Source of the DNA: Vicinamibacterales bacterium
GTDB taxonomy: Bacteria; Acidobacteriota; Vicinamibacteria; Vicinamibacterales; 2-12-FULL-66-21
Direction: 5' to 3'
Assembly: GCA_051986585.1 (NCBI GenBank)
Contig: JBPYFA010000293.1
Location: 1-63,547 of the forward strand
Length of the DNA stretch: 63,547 nucleotides
Under the pieces are notes generated by a model. That model did not search any database. It had not been told where the DNA came from and saw only the letters and a program-made list of their open reading frames with translations. Position numbers and translations under genes: made by a program. Shown here piece after piece: positions 25,695 through 34,549 of the stretch. Each line of letters opens with the position of its first letter. Position 1 is the stretch's first letter.

Positions 25695-26855
25695 CTACGC
25701 GCTTGCCCGCCATCGCAGATGGGCCAGGCAGACGGCCATCAGTACGGCGCCAACGCTGACCACGCCCAAGTGCATCAGATGTGTATAGAGCGATCGATGA
25801 AGCAGGTCGAAGATGGTGAAACTGGTGAAGAAGAAGCCGGTCAGCGCGACGGCGCGCCAGGCTGGCGTGAGATCGTGCCACCGATCGACGAGGCACATGT
25901 ACGCGGGCATCGCGATCACCAGCACGTAGTCCCAGCCCTGTGGCGACAAGAGCGGCATCAGCACCAGGAAATAGGCGACATCGAGATAGTTCGGTTCGGG
26001 CACTCGCCGTCCTTCGAACACTACAGCAATCCCCACCGCGACGGCGGCCGCCGACGAGGCAAGCGCGAGGGCTCCGGCGGTCGGGCCCGGTGCGATCCAT
26101 TTCGCCCACATCGACGCGAACGAGATGTTCTCGGGGCCCATCAGGTTGGGACCTGTCGTTGTTGTGACGGTGCGATACCATTCATGCAGCAGCGTTACGT
26201 TGCCATTCCATCCGTACCACGCCGCTGGCAGCAGCAGCCCGCCGGCCAGCACCAGACCAAATGAAACGAGGGAACGCCACCCCAATCGCCATGCGAGCCA
26301 GGGCAAGAGAAGCAGCGGGTACGGTTTCACGAATACTGCCGCCGCAACCAGGCCGCCGGCCGTCATCACCCGGCGGTGCTGGGCCGCGATCACCGCTCCG
26401 ACGACCAGCAGCGCCAGCGGCAGGTTGAACTGTCCGAGCGCCAGCTCCTTTACCAGAAACTTGCCGTTTAAGAGCAGCGTGAGCCCGAGCAGTGTCGCCG
26501 CCGCCATCCTTCGGTCGGGCAACGCCGCGAGCGACAGCCGCAGGAGTGCCCAGGTCATCGCGACGGTGAGCGTGAACCAGGTGACCTCCGCAACTTCCTT
26601 CGGCATCCGGGTAAACGGCACCATCGCCAGGGCGAACGCAGGGAAATACTTGTATTGATAGTGACCGTCCTCGGGCCGGTAGAGCGGTTCGTGTGCGAGG
26701 AACCGTACCGCTGTCCGACGGGGTACGGCGAAGTCGACAAGTTCAGTGCGCTTCAAACGGAGCAGACCGTAGAGACTCAAAACGATGAGGGTGAAGACGA
26801 GGGGCCGTACGATCAAGCCCAGGCGCGACGGCACCCACCGAGGGTAACATTTCAA
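25695..26855 (-). CDS. DUF2029/GT87-like polytopic membrane glycosyltransferase (paralog B)
   Basis: It has blocks LYRPEDGHYQYKYFPAFAL, VFVKPYPL and LSPQGWDYVLV. Its stop abuts the start of paralog A. The track start at 26855 is TTG inside a heptamer repeat; GTG 26834 is an alternative. Confidence 0.7.
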   Translation of the reverse strand: MKCYPRWVPSRLGLIVRPLVFTLIVLSLYGLLRLKRTELVDFAVPRRTAVRFLAHEPLYRPEDGHYQYKYFPAFALAMVPFTRMPKEVAEVTWFTLTVAMTWALLRLSLAALPDRRMAAATLLGLTLLLNGKFLVKELALGQFNLPLALLVVGAVIAAQHRRVMTAGGLVAAAVFVKPYPLLLLPWLAWRLGWRSLVSFGLVLAGGLLLPAAWYGWNGNVTLLHEWYRTVTTTTGPNLMGPENISFASMWAKWIAPGPTAGALALASSAAAVAVGIAVVFEGRRVPEPNYLDVAYFLVLMPLLSPQGWDYVLVIAMPAYMCLVDRWHDLTPAWRAVALTGFFFTSFTIFDLLHRSLYTHLMHLGVVSVGAVLMAVCLAHLRWRASA

Positions 26856-26885
26856 TGCTCAATGTTGAATGCTCAATGCTCAATG
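26851..26885. repeat. heptanucleotide tandem repeat (CTCAATG-like x5) in the GT87/GT9 divergent region
   Basis: The units are TTCAATG CTCAATG TTGAATG CTCAATG CTCAATG. The tract is AT-rich relative to the genome and overlaps the annotated TTG start of paralog B. Confidence 0.9.
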
Positions 26886-26918
26886 TCTAGCGTCGTGACA
26901 GAATGATGCGGCGGTATC

Positions 26919-28175
26919 GTGGAACCTAATCTGATGCGGGCTGTCGACTACTGGGGCGGAGTTCCGCTCACGTTTCTACTCACAATCCTGCAACGCATAC
27001 GGCGCCTCCTCCAATTGGACGCTGCCCCGTCGTCTGCGCCGCGCAACATTCTCTTCATTCAGCTGGCCGAGATGGGGACGATGGTGGTGGCGTACCCGGC
27101 CCTGAGAAAGGCGCGTGAGCTCTTTCCTGATGCGACGCTCCATTTTCTCTGCTTCAAGCAGATTCGTGCGAGCGTGGACATCCTGGGCATCATCCCGCCC
27201 GAGAACGTCATCACGATCGACGCCAGTTCGCTGGCGTCGCTCGCGCGCGACACGCTGGCCTTTCCCGGCCTCGCCCGCCGTCGTTCGATCGACACGGTGA
27301 TCAACATGGAGGCTTTCGTTCGATACAGCAGCGTCGTGAGCTGGGTATCCGGCGCGAGCCGCCGCGTCGGCTTTCACCGCTTCAACCAGGAAGGGCTCTA
27401 CACCGGAGATCTGTTGACCCATCACGTGCTTTACAACCCGCACGTCCACACGACACACACCTTTCTCGATCTCGTTCACGCGCTGGAAGCGCCGCAAGGT
27501 CAGGTCCCGCGTGTCAAGCGGCGAAGGGCGGACGACTCCTTTGAGGTCCCGAAGATTGCGGCCGACGCGACTGCGGCAGCCGAACTGTGGCGCAAGCTCG
27601 AGCTGATCGCGCCCGGCATCGGGCCGGCTCGCAAATTGGTCGTCATCAATCCCAACGCGAGCGACCAGTTTCCGATGCGCCGCCTGCCGCTCGAATCGTT
27701 CATCGAGATCACGCGCCAGTTGTTGAACGATCCAGACGTCTTCGTCCTGATCACGGGCGTGGCGAGTGAAAAGCCGGATGCCCAACATATCTGCAGTCGA
27801 ATCGGGTCGCCCCGTGTGCTGGATCTGACCGGCCGAACCACGCTGTCGGAGCTGCTGTACGTCTTCGATCTCGCGCACGTGCTGGTGACGAACGATTCCG
27901 GTCCGGCACACCTCGCCGCGCTCACGAAAATCCATGTCATCGTCTTCTTCGGGCCTGAAATCCCGGAGCGCTACCGTCCGCTGGCTACCAGCTCGGATGT
28001 CGTCCATACCGGGTTCACGTGCAGCCCTTGCATTGGTCCCCACAATCAGCGGCTCTCGCCATGCAACGACAATCTCTGCCTGAAGAGCATCGATGTTCAC
28101 GAGGTCGTGGCACTCGTTCGGTCGCGGCTCGGGGCGGCCTGGTTATCTGCACGAGCAACTAGCAACTCCAGCTGA
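26919..28175 (+). CDS. glycosyltransferase family 9 (heptosyltransferase-like)
   Basis: The C-terminal GT9 block reads LDLTGRTTLSELLYVFDLAHVLVTNDSGPAHLAALTKIHVIVFFGP. The start is GTG 26919 or ATG 26934. Confidence 0.85.
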   Translation: MEPNLMRAVDYWGGVPLTFLLTILQRIRRLLQLDAAPSSAPRNILFIQLAEMGTMVVAYPALRKARELFPDATLHFLCFKQIRASVDILGIIPPENVITIDASSLASLARDTLAFPGLARRRSIDTVINMEAFVRYSSVVSWVSGASRRVGFHRFNQEGLYTGDLLTHHVLYNPHVHTTHTFLDLVHALEAPQGQVPRVKRRRADDSFEVPKIAADATAAAELWRKLELIAPGIGPARKLVVINPNASDQFPMRRLPLESFIEITRQLLNDPDVFVLITGVASEKPDAQHICSRIGSPRVLDLTGRTTLSELLYVFDLAHVLVTNDSGPAHLAALTKIHVIVFFGPEIPERYRPLATSSDVVHTGFTCSPCIGPHNQRLSPCNDNLCLKSIDVHEVVALVRSRLGAAWLSARATSNSS

Positions 28176-28203
28176 CCTCGCGGCTTATAATCCAGCCCCA
28201 CAG

Positions 28204-30600
28204 ATGCCCATCGCACCGGGAGACAACCTCGGTCCCTACGTGATTGAATCCGAGCTCGGATTTGGCGGCATGGGCAGGGTGTACAAGGCGCGCGACACCC
28301 GGCTGAAACGATCGGTCGCGATCAAGTTTCTGTCGAGCGAAATCGCGAGCCCGATGGCCCACCATCGCTTCAAGCGGGAAGCGATTGCCGCTTCCGGCCT
28401 GAACCATCCGAACATTCTGACCGTCCACGAAACCGGGGAGACCGGCGGCCATCCCTATCTCGTCACCGAATTCGTCGACGGCGGCACACTCGCAGAGTGG
28501 GCGCGATCTGCTCGTCCAACGTGGCGGCAAGTGACGGATCTGCTCGCCGGCGTCGCCGATGGACTTGCCGCCGCGCATACGCTCGGCGTCCTCCATCGCG
28601 ACATCAAGCCGCAGAACATCCTCGTGACGACAGGCGGCCACGCAAAGCTGGCTGATTTCGGTCTTGCGACTCTCGCGAGCGAGCAAGAAGGCGACGGGAG
28701 CGGTCCGACAGAAACGATGGTCAAGACGCAGGACGGCGTGGTCGTCGGCACACTGGCGTACATGTCTCCAGAACAGGCCGCCGGCCGGCCGCTCGATGCC
28801 CGCAGCGACATCTTCTCGTTTGGCGTCGTGCTTTTCGAACTGCTGGCCGGACAGCGTCCATTCCAGGGTGCAACGTCGGTAGTACTCCTCCACGCCATCG
28901 CGCACGATCCCGTTCCGGCACTCCCTGCGGAAATCCCCTCATCACTCCGCGCCATTGTGGACAAGGCACTCGAGAAGAACCCGGCAGAGCGTTACCAAAC
29001 GATGCGCGATCTGGCGGTGGACCTGCGCAGGGTAGCGCGCCTGAGCACCGAAGCGATCGTGACGCCTGCGAGAAAGCGGCCGCGGGGGTTGCGCATTGCT
29101 GCTGCCGCAACCGCCGTCGTCGTCCTCGTTGGTGGTGTGGCCTGGTGGTTGGCCCGCGGTAGTCGCGCGGTCGGGCCGGATAGCTCGATCCGTTCACTGG
29201 CCGTACTACCACTGAAACCGTTGACACCGGGTGGCGAAGATGCCGCTGTGGGCCTGGGTCTCGCCGACACGATCATCACACGGATCGGCCAGATTGAAGG
29301 CATGATCGTCCGGCCCACAAGCGCCGTTCGCAAGTTCTCGGCGGCCGACACCAACGCGATCGACGCGGCCCGCCAACTGCAGGTCGACGCGGTTCTCGAC
29401 GGCACGATGCACCGGGTCGGGGATCGATTGCGCGTCAACATGACCCTCCTGCGCGCAAGCGATGGCGCCACGATGTGGAGTAAATCGTTCAATACGGCGT
29501 TTGCCGATGTGTTCGCGGTCGAGGACGAGATTGCCACTGGCGTCGTGTCGGAATTGCGTTCGAGCCTGAGCCAGGCCGAACGCATGCGTCTGACGAAGCG
29601 CCCCACGACCAGTCCTGAGGCGTACGAGTACTACTTGAAAGGCATTGCCACCTTCGGTTCGACTGGGAGCGCGTCAGCGGATCTCATCGGCGACGTCGAA
29701 GCGGGAATCACACTGTTCCAGCGAGCGGTCGCGATTGACCCGATGTTCGCGCTCGCGCACGCTCAGATCGCGCGGGCCGAGATGACTGTCGCAAACAACC
29801 GGGGTGACAGGGCAGCCTTTGCTCGCGCTCAGGCGGCGCTCGCACGCGCCGATGCGCTCGATTCGAATCTGGCGGAATCGCACCTCGTTCGTCACATGAT
29901 GCTGTGGAGCAGCTTCGGCGACAACCAGATGCTCGCCTCATTCGACGCGCTCAAGTCCGCGCGGGCCATCAACCCCAATATCGGCCATGCGGAGCTTGGT
30001 GACTTCTACTACCACATGGGGATGCTCGACGCCGCATTGCGCGAGCTGAATCGCGCGATCGAAATCGACCCGACCAACGACACGGCTCGTTGGGAGATCC
30101 CGAACGCATATTGGACGAACGCGCTATACGACGACGCTATCAGGCTGGATCAGGCGCTGCCTCGTGGGGTCGCTTGGGATTACGCCTATTACGTGGGCGC
30201 CGGGCGGCTCGAGGAGGGGCGGCGCTTGATTGATAACGTGCTGCTGCGTGACCCGCAAGACTCGTTCGCGACGGATGTGCGGTCATTGCTGTTGGCGAAA
30301 GAGGGGAAATTCAACGAGGCGAAAGCGACGCTGTTTCGACTGCCGGCCGAAGCGACGACGGCGCTGCCTTATCACCATCTCACTTATCAGCGAGCGTGTG
30401 TCTATGCGTTGTCCGGTGATGCGGACGAGGCCGTCAACTGGCTGAATCAGACGGTCAAGTACGGAATGCCCATCTACCCGGCGTTCGCGCGCGATCATTG
30501 CTTCGAGCCGATTCGCCGATCCGCACCGTTCCAGCAGTTCATGGCAACGCTAAAGCCCGTCTGGGACGACTACGTCGGGAAGATGAAGCTCGATCAGTGA
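28204..30600 (+). CDS. Ser/Thr protein kinase with TM segment and C-terminal TolB-N-like plus TPR sensor region
   Basis: Kinase motifs are GFGGMGRVYKA, VAIKFL, HRDIKPQNIL, LADFGLA and YMSPEQ. The TM segment is IAAAATAVVVLVGGVAWWLA. TPR-like repeats follow. ATG 28204 was chosen, because the 28093 start overlaps the GT9 gene. Confidence 0.9.
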   Translation: MPIAPGDNLGPYVIESELGFGGMGRVYKARDTRLKRSVAIKFLSSEIASPMAHHRFKREAIAASGLNHPNILTVHETGETGGHPYLVTEFVDGGTLAEWARSARPTWRQVTDLLAGVADGLAAAHTLGVLHRDIKPQNILVTTGGHAKLADFGLATLASEQEGDGSGPTETMVKTQDGVVVGTLAYMSPEQAAGRPLDARSDIFSFGVVLFELLAGQRPFQGATSVVLLHAIAHDPVPALPAEIPSSLRAIVDKALEKNPAERYQTMRDLAVDLRRVARLSTEAIVTPARKRPRGLRIAAAATAVVVLVGGVAWWLARGSRAVGPDSSIRSLAVLPLKPLTPGGEDAAVGLGLADTIITRIGQIEGMIVRPTSAVRKFSAADTNAIDAARQLQVDAVLDGTMHRVGDRLRVNMTLLRASDGATMWSKSFNTAFADVFAVEDEIATGVVSELRSSLSQAERMRLTKRPTTSPEAYEYYLKGIATFGSTGSASADLIGDVEAGITLFQRAVAIDPMFALAHAQIARAEMTVANNRGDRAAFARAQAALARADALDSNLAESHLVRHMMLWSSFGDNQMLASFDALKSARAINPNIGHAELGDFYYHMGMLDAALRELNRAIEIDPTNDTARWEIPNAYWTNALYDDAIRLDQALPRGVAWDYAYYVGAGRLEEGRRLIDNVLLRDPQDSFATDVRSLLLAKEGKFNEAKATLFRLPAEATTALPYHHLTYQRACVYALSGDADEAVNWLNQTVKYGMPIYPAFARDHCFEPIRRSAPFQQFMATLKPVWDDYVGKMKLDQ

Positions 30601-30790
30601 GAGCTGTCTCGTACCTCTGCAGCTGCCGATGACGGCGAGCGAGGGCGCGTGTAGGGGAGTCCGAGGAGCGAAGCCCCTCGGTTAAGCGAGGAGAACCGAA
30701 CATGTCAGGCAGACTGCGCGCCTCGTCCGTGAGGCCACTCATGCACCCGTAGGTCGATGCGAAGCGAACCGTCATGGCCTCAGTGAAAAC

Positions 30791-30816
30791 TTGTGGCTTC
30801 CGCCTTTAGGCGGAAG
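30791..30816. repeat. REP-like hairpin element, single copy
   Basis: TTGTGGCTTCCGCCTTTAGGCGGAAG forms the stem CTTCCGCC/GGCGGAAG with loop TTTA. It is identical to the 26-mer at 61610-61635. Confidence 0.9.
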
Positions 30817-31161
30817 GATTTCGCCGGCTTCCCAAATCGTCGCCACCTCGGGACCCAGCAGACGATTCTCTGCGCGAAGGTGGCCGGCGCGAATTGTACC
30901 AGGCAGATCAGTCGGCGACCCAGGCGAGCAGGCGAGCGACCATCCACGACGCGCCGTCTTTGCGGAGCACGACGGTTTGGCCCGACTTCTCAGTCGGACT
31001 GGTGTCGAGTAGCGAGACTTCACGCGACGAGCAGTATTAGTCGCTTCATAATCTGTGCTCCGCCACCATCGTGACTACGGAGATGTCATCGGATTCGCAG
31101 TAGGGTTTTCCATTGACTGTGATTTTGAATCCCACCATATAGGAAACCGTCTCGAAAGTTC

Positions 31162-31617
31162 TCAGCGCCGCCTGCGCCCAGCATGCTCCGATCGCGTCGA
31201 GGTCTCCGCCTTCTGAGTAGGCTGCAGACGACGACGCCAGAACTTGTTCACCTCGCGCTCAACAATCGCGTCCAGCCGTTCCTGATGTGGTTTCGGTAAA
31301 TCGGGTAGGAACTTGGGCATTCCCAAGTCGCCCTTCTCACCAAGCCACGTTAATGGCGGCTTCGTCGATTCGAGGACGGCGGAGGCGCACTTCAAGGCCA
31401 GATGTAAGGCTTGCACACCATCGATGCCGAACACGTACTTCGGTCGGCGCCAGATGGACTTCAGTCCGGTGATCTGGAGCGCGCAGCCCCAGTCGGATCC
31501 GGGAATACGTCGTGGCACACCGATGGTCAGCACAACCGGTTTGCCGTCAACGGACTTGAACGTACGTCGTGCCGCGATGCGTCTGATCGTGCGCGGCAGA
31601 GTACGTGACTTATTCAT
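31162..31617 (-). CDS. hypothetical protein (basic termini, no signal peptide)
   Basis: This 151-codon ORF has a core reading VVLTIGVPRRIPGSDWGCALQITGL...VFGIDGVQALHLALKCASAVL. It sits in a region of somewhat lower GC. I could not confidently assign a family. Confidence 0.55.
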   Translation of the reverse strand: MNKSRTLPRTIRRIAARRTFKSVDGKPVVLTIGVPRRIPGSDWGCALQITGLKSIWRRPKYVFGIDGVQALHLALKCASAVLESTKPPLTWLGEKGDLGMPKFLPDLPKPHQERLDAIVEREVNKFWRRRLQPTQKAETSTRSEHAGRRRR

Positions 31618-31720
31618 GCGCCTCGCGGCATCCTATCAGGGCCGGCCGCGAGCAGCGACAGTGGGCACCAGCGAACGCCGCCCCGCGGCGACTGATTCAA
31701 GAGTGGACGAGCGCAAAATC

Positions 31721-31963
31721 ATGAACGTGAGCCTTCATATCGCGAAGACGCAGCTGTCGAAGCTGTTGGATCTCGTCGAGAATGGGCAGCAGGTGGTCAT
31801 TGAGCGTCACGGCCGGCCGGTGGCTCGTCTCGTGCCCGTTCGCAGGGGCCATCGATCTGTGCTCGCGGCGATGAGGGGCGAGTTCGAGATGATCGACGGC
31901 TGGGAACGACCCCTTAGCAATGAACAGGCGGACGCATTCTGGAACGCCCACAGACGACCGTGA
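31721..31963 (+). CDS. type II antitoxin, Phd/YefM (prevent-host-death) family
   Basis: MNVSLHIAKTQLSKLLDLVENGQQVVIERHGRPVARLVPV is the characteristic Phd/YefM N-terminus. ATG 31721 was chosen within the longer 31313 track ORF. Confidence 0.8.
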   Translation: MNVSLHIAKTQLSKLLDLVENGQQVVIERHGRPVARLVPVRRGHRSVLAAMRGEFEMIDGWERPLSNEQADAFWNAHRRP

Positions 31964-32189
31964 CTGGCCCAAGCGGTCCTTGACGGCGTCACTGGGTCCA
32001 TCAGCAATTGACAAGCTTGGCTCACAAAGTTGCTGTAGTCGACTAGCAATCGAGCCTGGAGGCACATAAGCCACAATGGCGCGATCGCCGCGACCGACGC
32101 TTCCGCGCATTCGCTTAGCCGAACCGAGCCTGCGCTCCGCATGCAGAGTACGGTTTATTCAACGGCGAACGCGATTGGAGGCGGAACGT

Positions 32190-32831
32190 CTAAACACGCG
32201 GAAAGAGGGGCTCCTTGCGCCCGGCCGCTATCGCCCCGCCGCACAGCATCGTCAGCGGGACGAGCAGAATGCCTGAATGCCAGAAGAAGGGAAGGGTGGT
32301 GAAGACGGCGTAGAACAGCGGGTGCGGAAGCGGAACGGCGACTTGTCGGACGATGAGAATCTGGAAAAGCAGTCCGACCATCGCCAGTAGCGTAAATGTT
32401 GACGCGACGTACGTCAGCAGCATTGCGGGTCGACATTGGTTCACGCGCGCGACGACCACAGCGCTCAGTCCAAAGCCCGCATAGGTCACGATCGATGCGA
32501 CGACGTAGAAGGGCCACCAGATGCCGTCGGCATAGGCCGCCTGCCGGCTCCACTGCCAGAGGAAGCCCGCCAAGCCGTCAGCGATTCGATCTCCCACCAG
32601 AAAAACGGCGGCCGTAACCGACCAGCCGGTTGCGATGGCGACGATGGCGCGGCCAGGAGCGCAACGAATATCAGCAGCGGCGCCGTAGGCGACTGCAGCA
32701 ATGGCCTGCCGCCAGAACCAGGCCCTGGAGCGGCCGGCCCCGAACTCCTCATACAGGTCGCCGACAATCGATGGGTCGCGAGGTCCGAGACGGTTCAACA
32801 GGACAGTTGCGAGCGCCGGCGGCGATTTCAT
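32190..32831 (-). CDS. membrane protein with the PadR-associated 'permease prefix'-like N-terminus
   Basis: The N-terminus reads LLNRLGPRDPSIVGDLYEEFGAGRSRAWFWRQAIAAV and is followed by 4-5 TM segments. Its ATG overlaps the PadR stop by 4 bp. Confidence 0.7.
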   Translation of the reverse strand: MKSPPALATVLLNRLGPRDPSIVGDLYEEFGAGRSRAWFWRQAIAAVAYGAAADIRCAPGRAIVAIATGWSVTAAVFLVGDRIADGLAGFLWQWSRQAAYADGIWWPFYVVASIVTYAGFGLSAVVVARVNQCRPAMLLTYVASTFTLLAMVGLLFQILIVRQVAVPLPHPLFYAVFTTLPFFWHSGILLVPLTMLCGGAIAAGRKEPLFPRV

Positions 32832-33157
32832 CTCGTGCCTCCGTGAAGTTGAGGGATACCGGTCCAGAGCGCGATAAATGCCCGCTGTGTCGCGCGCACC
32901 GCCTGCAGTCCTTTGCTCGTCACACGGAAGTATTTCTTCGCCCGGCCGCCGCGCTGAGCGGTCGCTTCGCCCAGTTCAGATGCGACGAGGCCCTGACGTT
33001 CGAGGCGATCGAGTGCGAGATAGACGGCGGCCAGGGTCGTCGGACGTCCGGCCGTGTCCTCCAACTCGCGCGCAATCGTCACGCCGTATCCGTCATTGCG
33101 CCGACGAAGAATGGCGAGCATGATCATCAGTTCGTAGTCTGTGAGAAGGCGCGACAT
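32828..33157 (-). CDS. PadR family transcriptional regulator
   Basis: The winged-helix block reads ELMIMLAILRRRNDGYGVTIARELEDTAGRPTTLAAVYLALDRLERQGLVAS. Confidence 0.9.
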   Translation of the reverse strand: MSRLLTDYELMIMLAILRRRNDGYGVTIARELEDTAGRPTTLAAVYLALDRLERQGLVASELGEATAQRGGRAKKYFRVTSKGLQAVRATQRAFIALWTGIPQLHGGTR

Positions 33158-33168
33158 TTATATATAAA
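33157..33168. promoter_or_regulatory. 12-bp all-AT perfect palindrome filling the 13-bp PadR/GH divergent gap
   Basis: TTTATATATAAA lies between the PadR start (33157-33155, minus strand) and ATG 33171. Confidence 0.6.
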
Positions 33169-33170
33169 GT

Positions 33171-34490
33171 ATGAATAAATCGAAGCGGCGTCAAGTGTCG
33201 CTGGTTCTGAACCTCATATTTGCGTTCGCCGCCGGCTGCACCGTCGGCAGTCCGCGCGTACCAGTCGCGCCCGGTCCAATTGCGCCCACGCCGTCGGTTG
33301 CACGCGCCGCATCAGGTGTTGATCCGACGACGCTGGATGGGAAGTTGATGTTCGGCTATCAGGGATGGTTCGGATGTCCAGGAGACGGCTCGCCGCTCGA
33401 TAGCTGGGAGCACTGGTTCCGGCGCGGCGTGCCGGTTGCCGCCGCGCTCCGGGTCGACATGTGGCCGGACGTGTCGGAACTCTCCGAGAGTGAACGCTGC
33501 AATACACAACTGACGCTGCCGGATGGGCAACCGGCGCAGCTTTATTCAGCGTACAACCCCCGCACCGTGGATCGTCACTTTGCGTGGCTCCAGCAGTACG
33601 AACTGCCCGGCGTTTTTCTGCAGCGGTTCACCGTTCGCCTGGACGAAAAGTCTGTGCTGGGATTTCGGGATGGCGTGGCGCGAAACGTCAGAACTGCGGC
33701 GGAGGCGCACGGCCGCGTCTTTGCCCTCATGTACGACATCTCAGGGCAGTCTTCCGAAACAGTCGTGGACGCCGTCGAGCGTGATTGGGCGTATCTCGTC
33801 GACACGCTGCGGATCACCGACAGCCCACAGTATCTTCGCCATCACGGCCGTCCGGTGCTTGCGATATGGGGCCTCGGATTCCGCGATCGGGCCGCGACAC
33901 CCGAACAGGCGGCCGAGCTCATCGACTTCTTCAAAAACAATCCGGAACAACGGTATCGCGTGACTCTGGTTGGCGGCATTCCCACGCGCTGGCGGACGCT
34001 TAGTCGTGATTCGCGGACCGAGCACGCATGGGCCGACGTCTATCGATCGTTCGACGTTCTCAGTCCCTGGACGGTCGGACGTTTTCGAGACGACGAGAGC
34101 ACCGATCGCTTCTATCGCGATGAAGTCAAACCTGATCTGATCGAAACCAATCGCCTTGGGCTTGGATACATGCCGGTCGTCTTTCCCGGCTTCTCATGGC
34201 ACAACATGAATCCCACGGCCGCGTTCAATCCGATTCCGCGCCGTGGAGGCCGTTTCTGGTGGCACCAGATCGAGCAAGCGCTGCAGGCCGGCACGACGAT
34301 GGTGTACGGCGCGATGTTCGACGAGGTGGACGAAGGGACCGCGATGTTCAAACTTGCTCCGACGCGCGACAGTGTCCCGGCAGATGTGCCGCTGGTCACA
34401 CTCGACGCAGACGGCGAACACCTGCCGAGCGACTGGTACTTACAGTTGGCGCGTCAGGCCCAGCAACGGTTGGCAGCCGTTGGTCGATGA
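33171..34490 (+). CDS. lipoprotein, putative glycoside hydrolase (GH71/GH99-like fold)
   Basis: The lipobox is NLIFAFAAGC. Recognisable blocks are MFGYQGWFGCPGDG, VDMWPDVSE, HFAWLQQYELPGVFLQRF and FALMYDISG. The family call is from memory of similar 'xylosidase/arabinosidase'-annotated proteins. Confidence 0.55.
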   Translation: MNKSKRRQVSLVLNLIFAFAAGCTVGSPRVPVAPGPIAPTPSVARAASGVDPTTLDGKLMFGYQGWFGCPGDGSPLDSWEHWFRRGVPVAAALRVDMWPDVSELSESERCNTQLTLPDGQPAQLYSAYNPRTVDRHFAWLQQYELPGVFLQRFTVRLDEKSVLGFRDGVARNVRTAAEAHGRVFALMYDISGQSSETVVDAVERDWAYLVDTLRITDSPQYLRHHGRPVLAIWGLGFRDRAATPEQAAELIDFFKNNPEQRYRVTLVGGIPTRWRTLSRDSRTEHAWADVYRSFDVLSPWTVGRFRDDESTDRFYRDEVKPDLIETNRLGLGYMPVVFPGFSWHNMNPTAAFNPIPRRGGRFWWHQIEQALQAGTTMVYGAMFDEVDEGTAMFKLAPTRDSVPADVPLVTLDADGEHLPSDWYLQLARQAQQRLAAVGR

Positions 34491-34549
34491 TCGCGGTCCT
34501 GAACGGCTCTTCTGACTTCTCGCGACGCTGGCGAAAAGGTCTCCCCGAA

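Noticed and set aside
30830-30900. IS3/rve-type transposase remnant (mobile element call)
   Set aside because: There is only a ~19-aa loose resemblance (TIR..H....R...PEV) in one minus-strand frame, with stops in adjacent frames. I see no inverted repeats and no DDE motifs. It is too weak to annotate and is mentioned only as context for the decayed patch.
31960-32190. VapC/PIN or other toxin gene downstream of the Phd/YefM antitoxin
   Set aside because: All three plus-strand frames are interrupted within about 30 codons, and I could not recognise PIN acidic residues or Doc/RelE motifs. I did not call a pseudogene without a frameshift-tolerant homology search.
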